Origin: Nitrospirota bacterium
GTDB taxonomy: Bacteria; Nitrospirota; UBA9217
Reading direction: 5' to 3'
DNA length: 64,000 bases
Assembly: GCA_963818475.1 (NCBI GenBank)
Contig: CAWFSF010000006.1
Coordinates: forward strand, 2,290,907 to 2,354,906
The translations under genes and the position numbers were made by a program. The notes below the pieces were generated by a model. The model searched no databases and was not told the DNA's origin. It saw nothing but the letters and a program-made list of their open reading frames with translations. The first letter of the stretch is position 1, and every line of letters begins with the position of its first letter. Below, in pieces: positions 63,691-64,000 of the stretch.

Positions 63691-64000
63691 AGGTGTTACC
63701 CCCTAAAATTTGGTGTGAATTGCCGGAGCTGGTCAAGGTTTTTCTGAGCGGCCAAAGAAGATAGGCCGTTAAGGCCTCTAAAATGACCAAGAGGACTATT
63801 TTCTGCCTCGCGGGATACTTCTTTTACCATCCAGACTATTATAACATATGATAGCTATAAAAAGAAGCTAAACAATACAAATTGTCAGCCCTGAATCACC
63901 TGCTGAAGATGAAGAAAGAAACCAGAGAAGTACGAGCTGGTTTCAAACCAGCCCGTCCCTGCGGTTCTTATAAAAACCTTTGACTCTCTGACAATGGTTT

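Overview
A GC-rich bacterial chromosome segment from a probable anaerobe. Gene content suggests Nitrospirota or a Desulfobacterota-like lineage, which is inference only. Many genes are split by single-base frameshifts, most likely uncorrected long-read indel errors. Main blocks: (1) ~3.6-22.2 kb, a complete minus-strand complex I (nuo) operon. Its NuoEFG input module is replaced by an HndA/HndB/HydB(BfuB)-type module with electron-bifurcation signature motifs, and a five-gene DRTGG / CBS-RsbT-like kinase / DRTGG / PHP / HATPase cassette sits between nuoD and nuoE. (2) ntrBC-like genes, an EamA transporter and a probably PerR-controlled sod-rubrerythrin-flavoprotein operon. (3) ~29-48.5 kb, a metalloid/redox-stress region with arsR, acr3, DUF318 permeases, thioredoxins, CcdA, TauE, FmdE, TrmO, two SufCB/SmsCB pairs, two USPs and two unannotated candidate selenoprotein genes (in-frame TGA plus SECIS-like hairpin). 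(4) A PstS-like protein paired with an MCP. (5) ~51.8-63.7 kb, an oxyanion-respiration-like cluster: binding protein/sensor kinase/sigma54 regulator (XSR-type), ComFB, TatA, triheme cytochrome c, a Tat-exported PsrA/ArrA-superfamily molybdoenzyme, Fe-S subunit, TorD chaperone, FmdE, ModE, MoeA-like protein and MoaA. About a dozen palindromic arrays of 7-9-bp repeats are scattered through the window. One carries a four-helix-bundle gene as apparent cargo and one lies inside a coding sequence.
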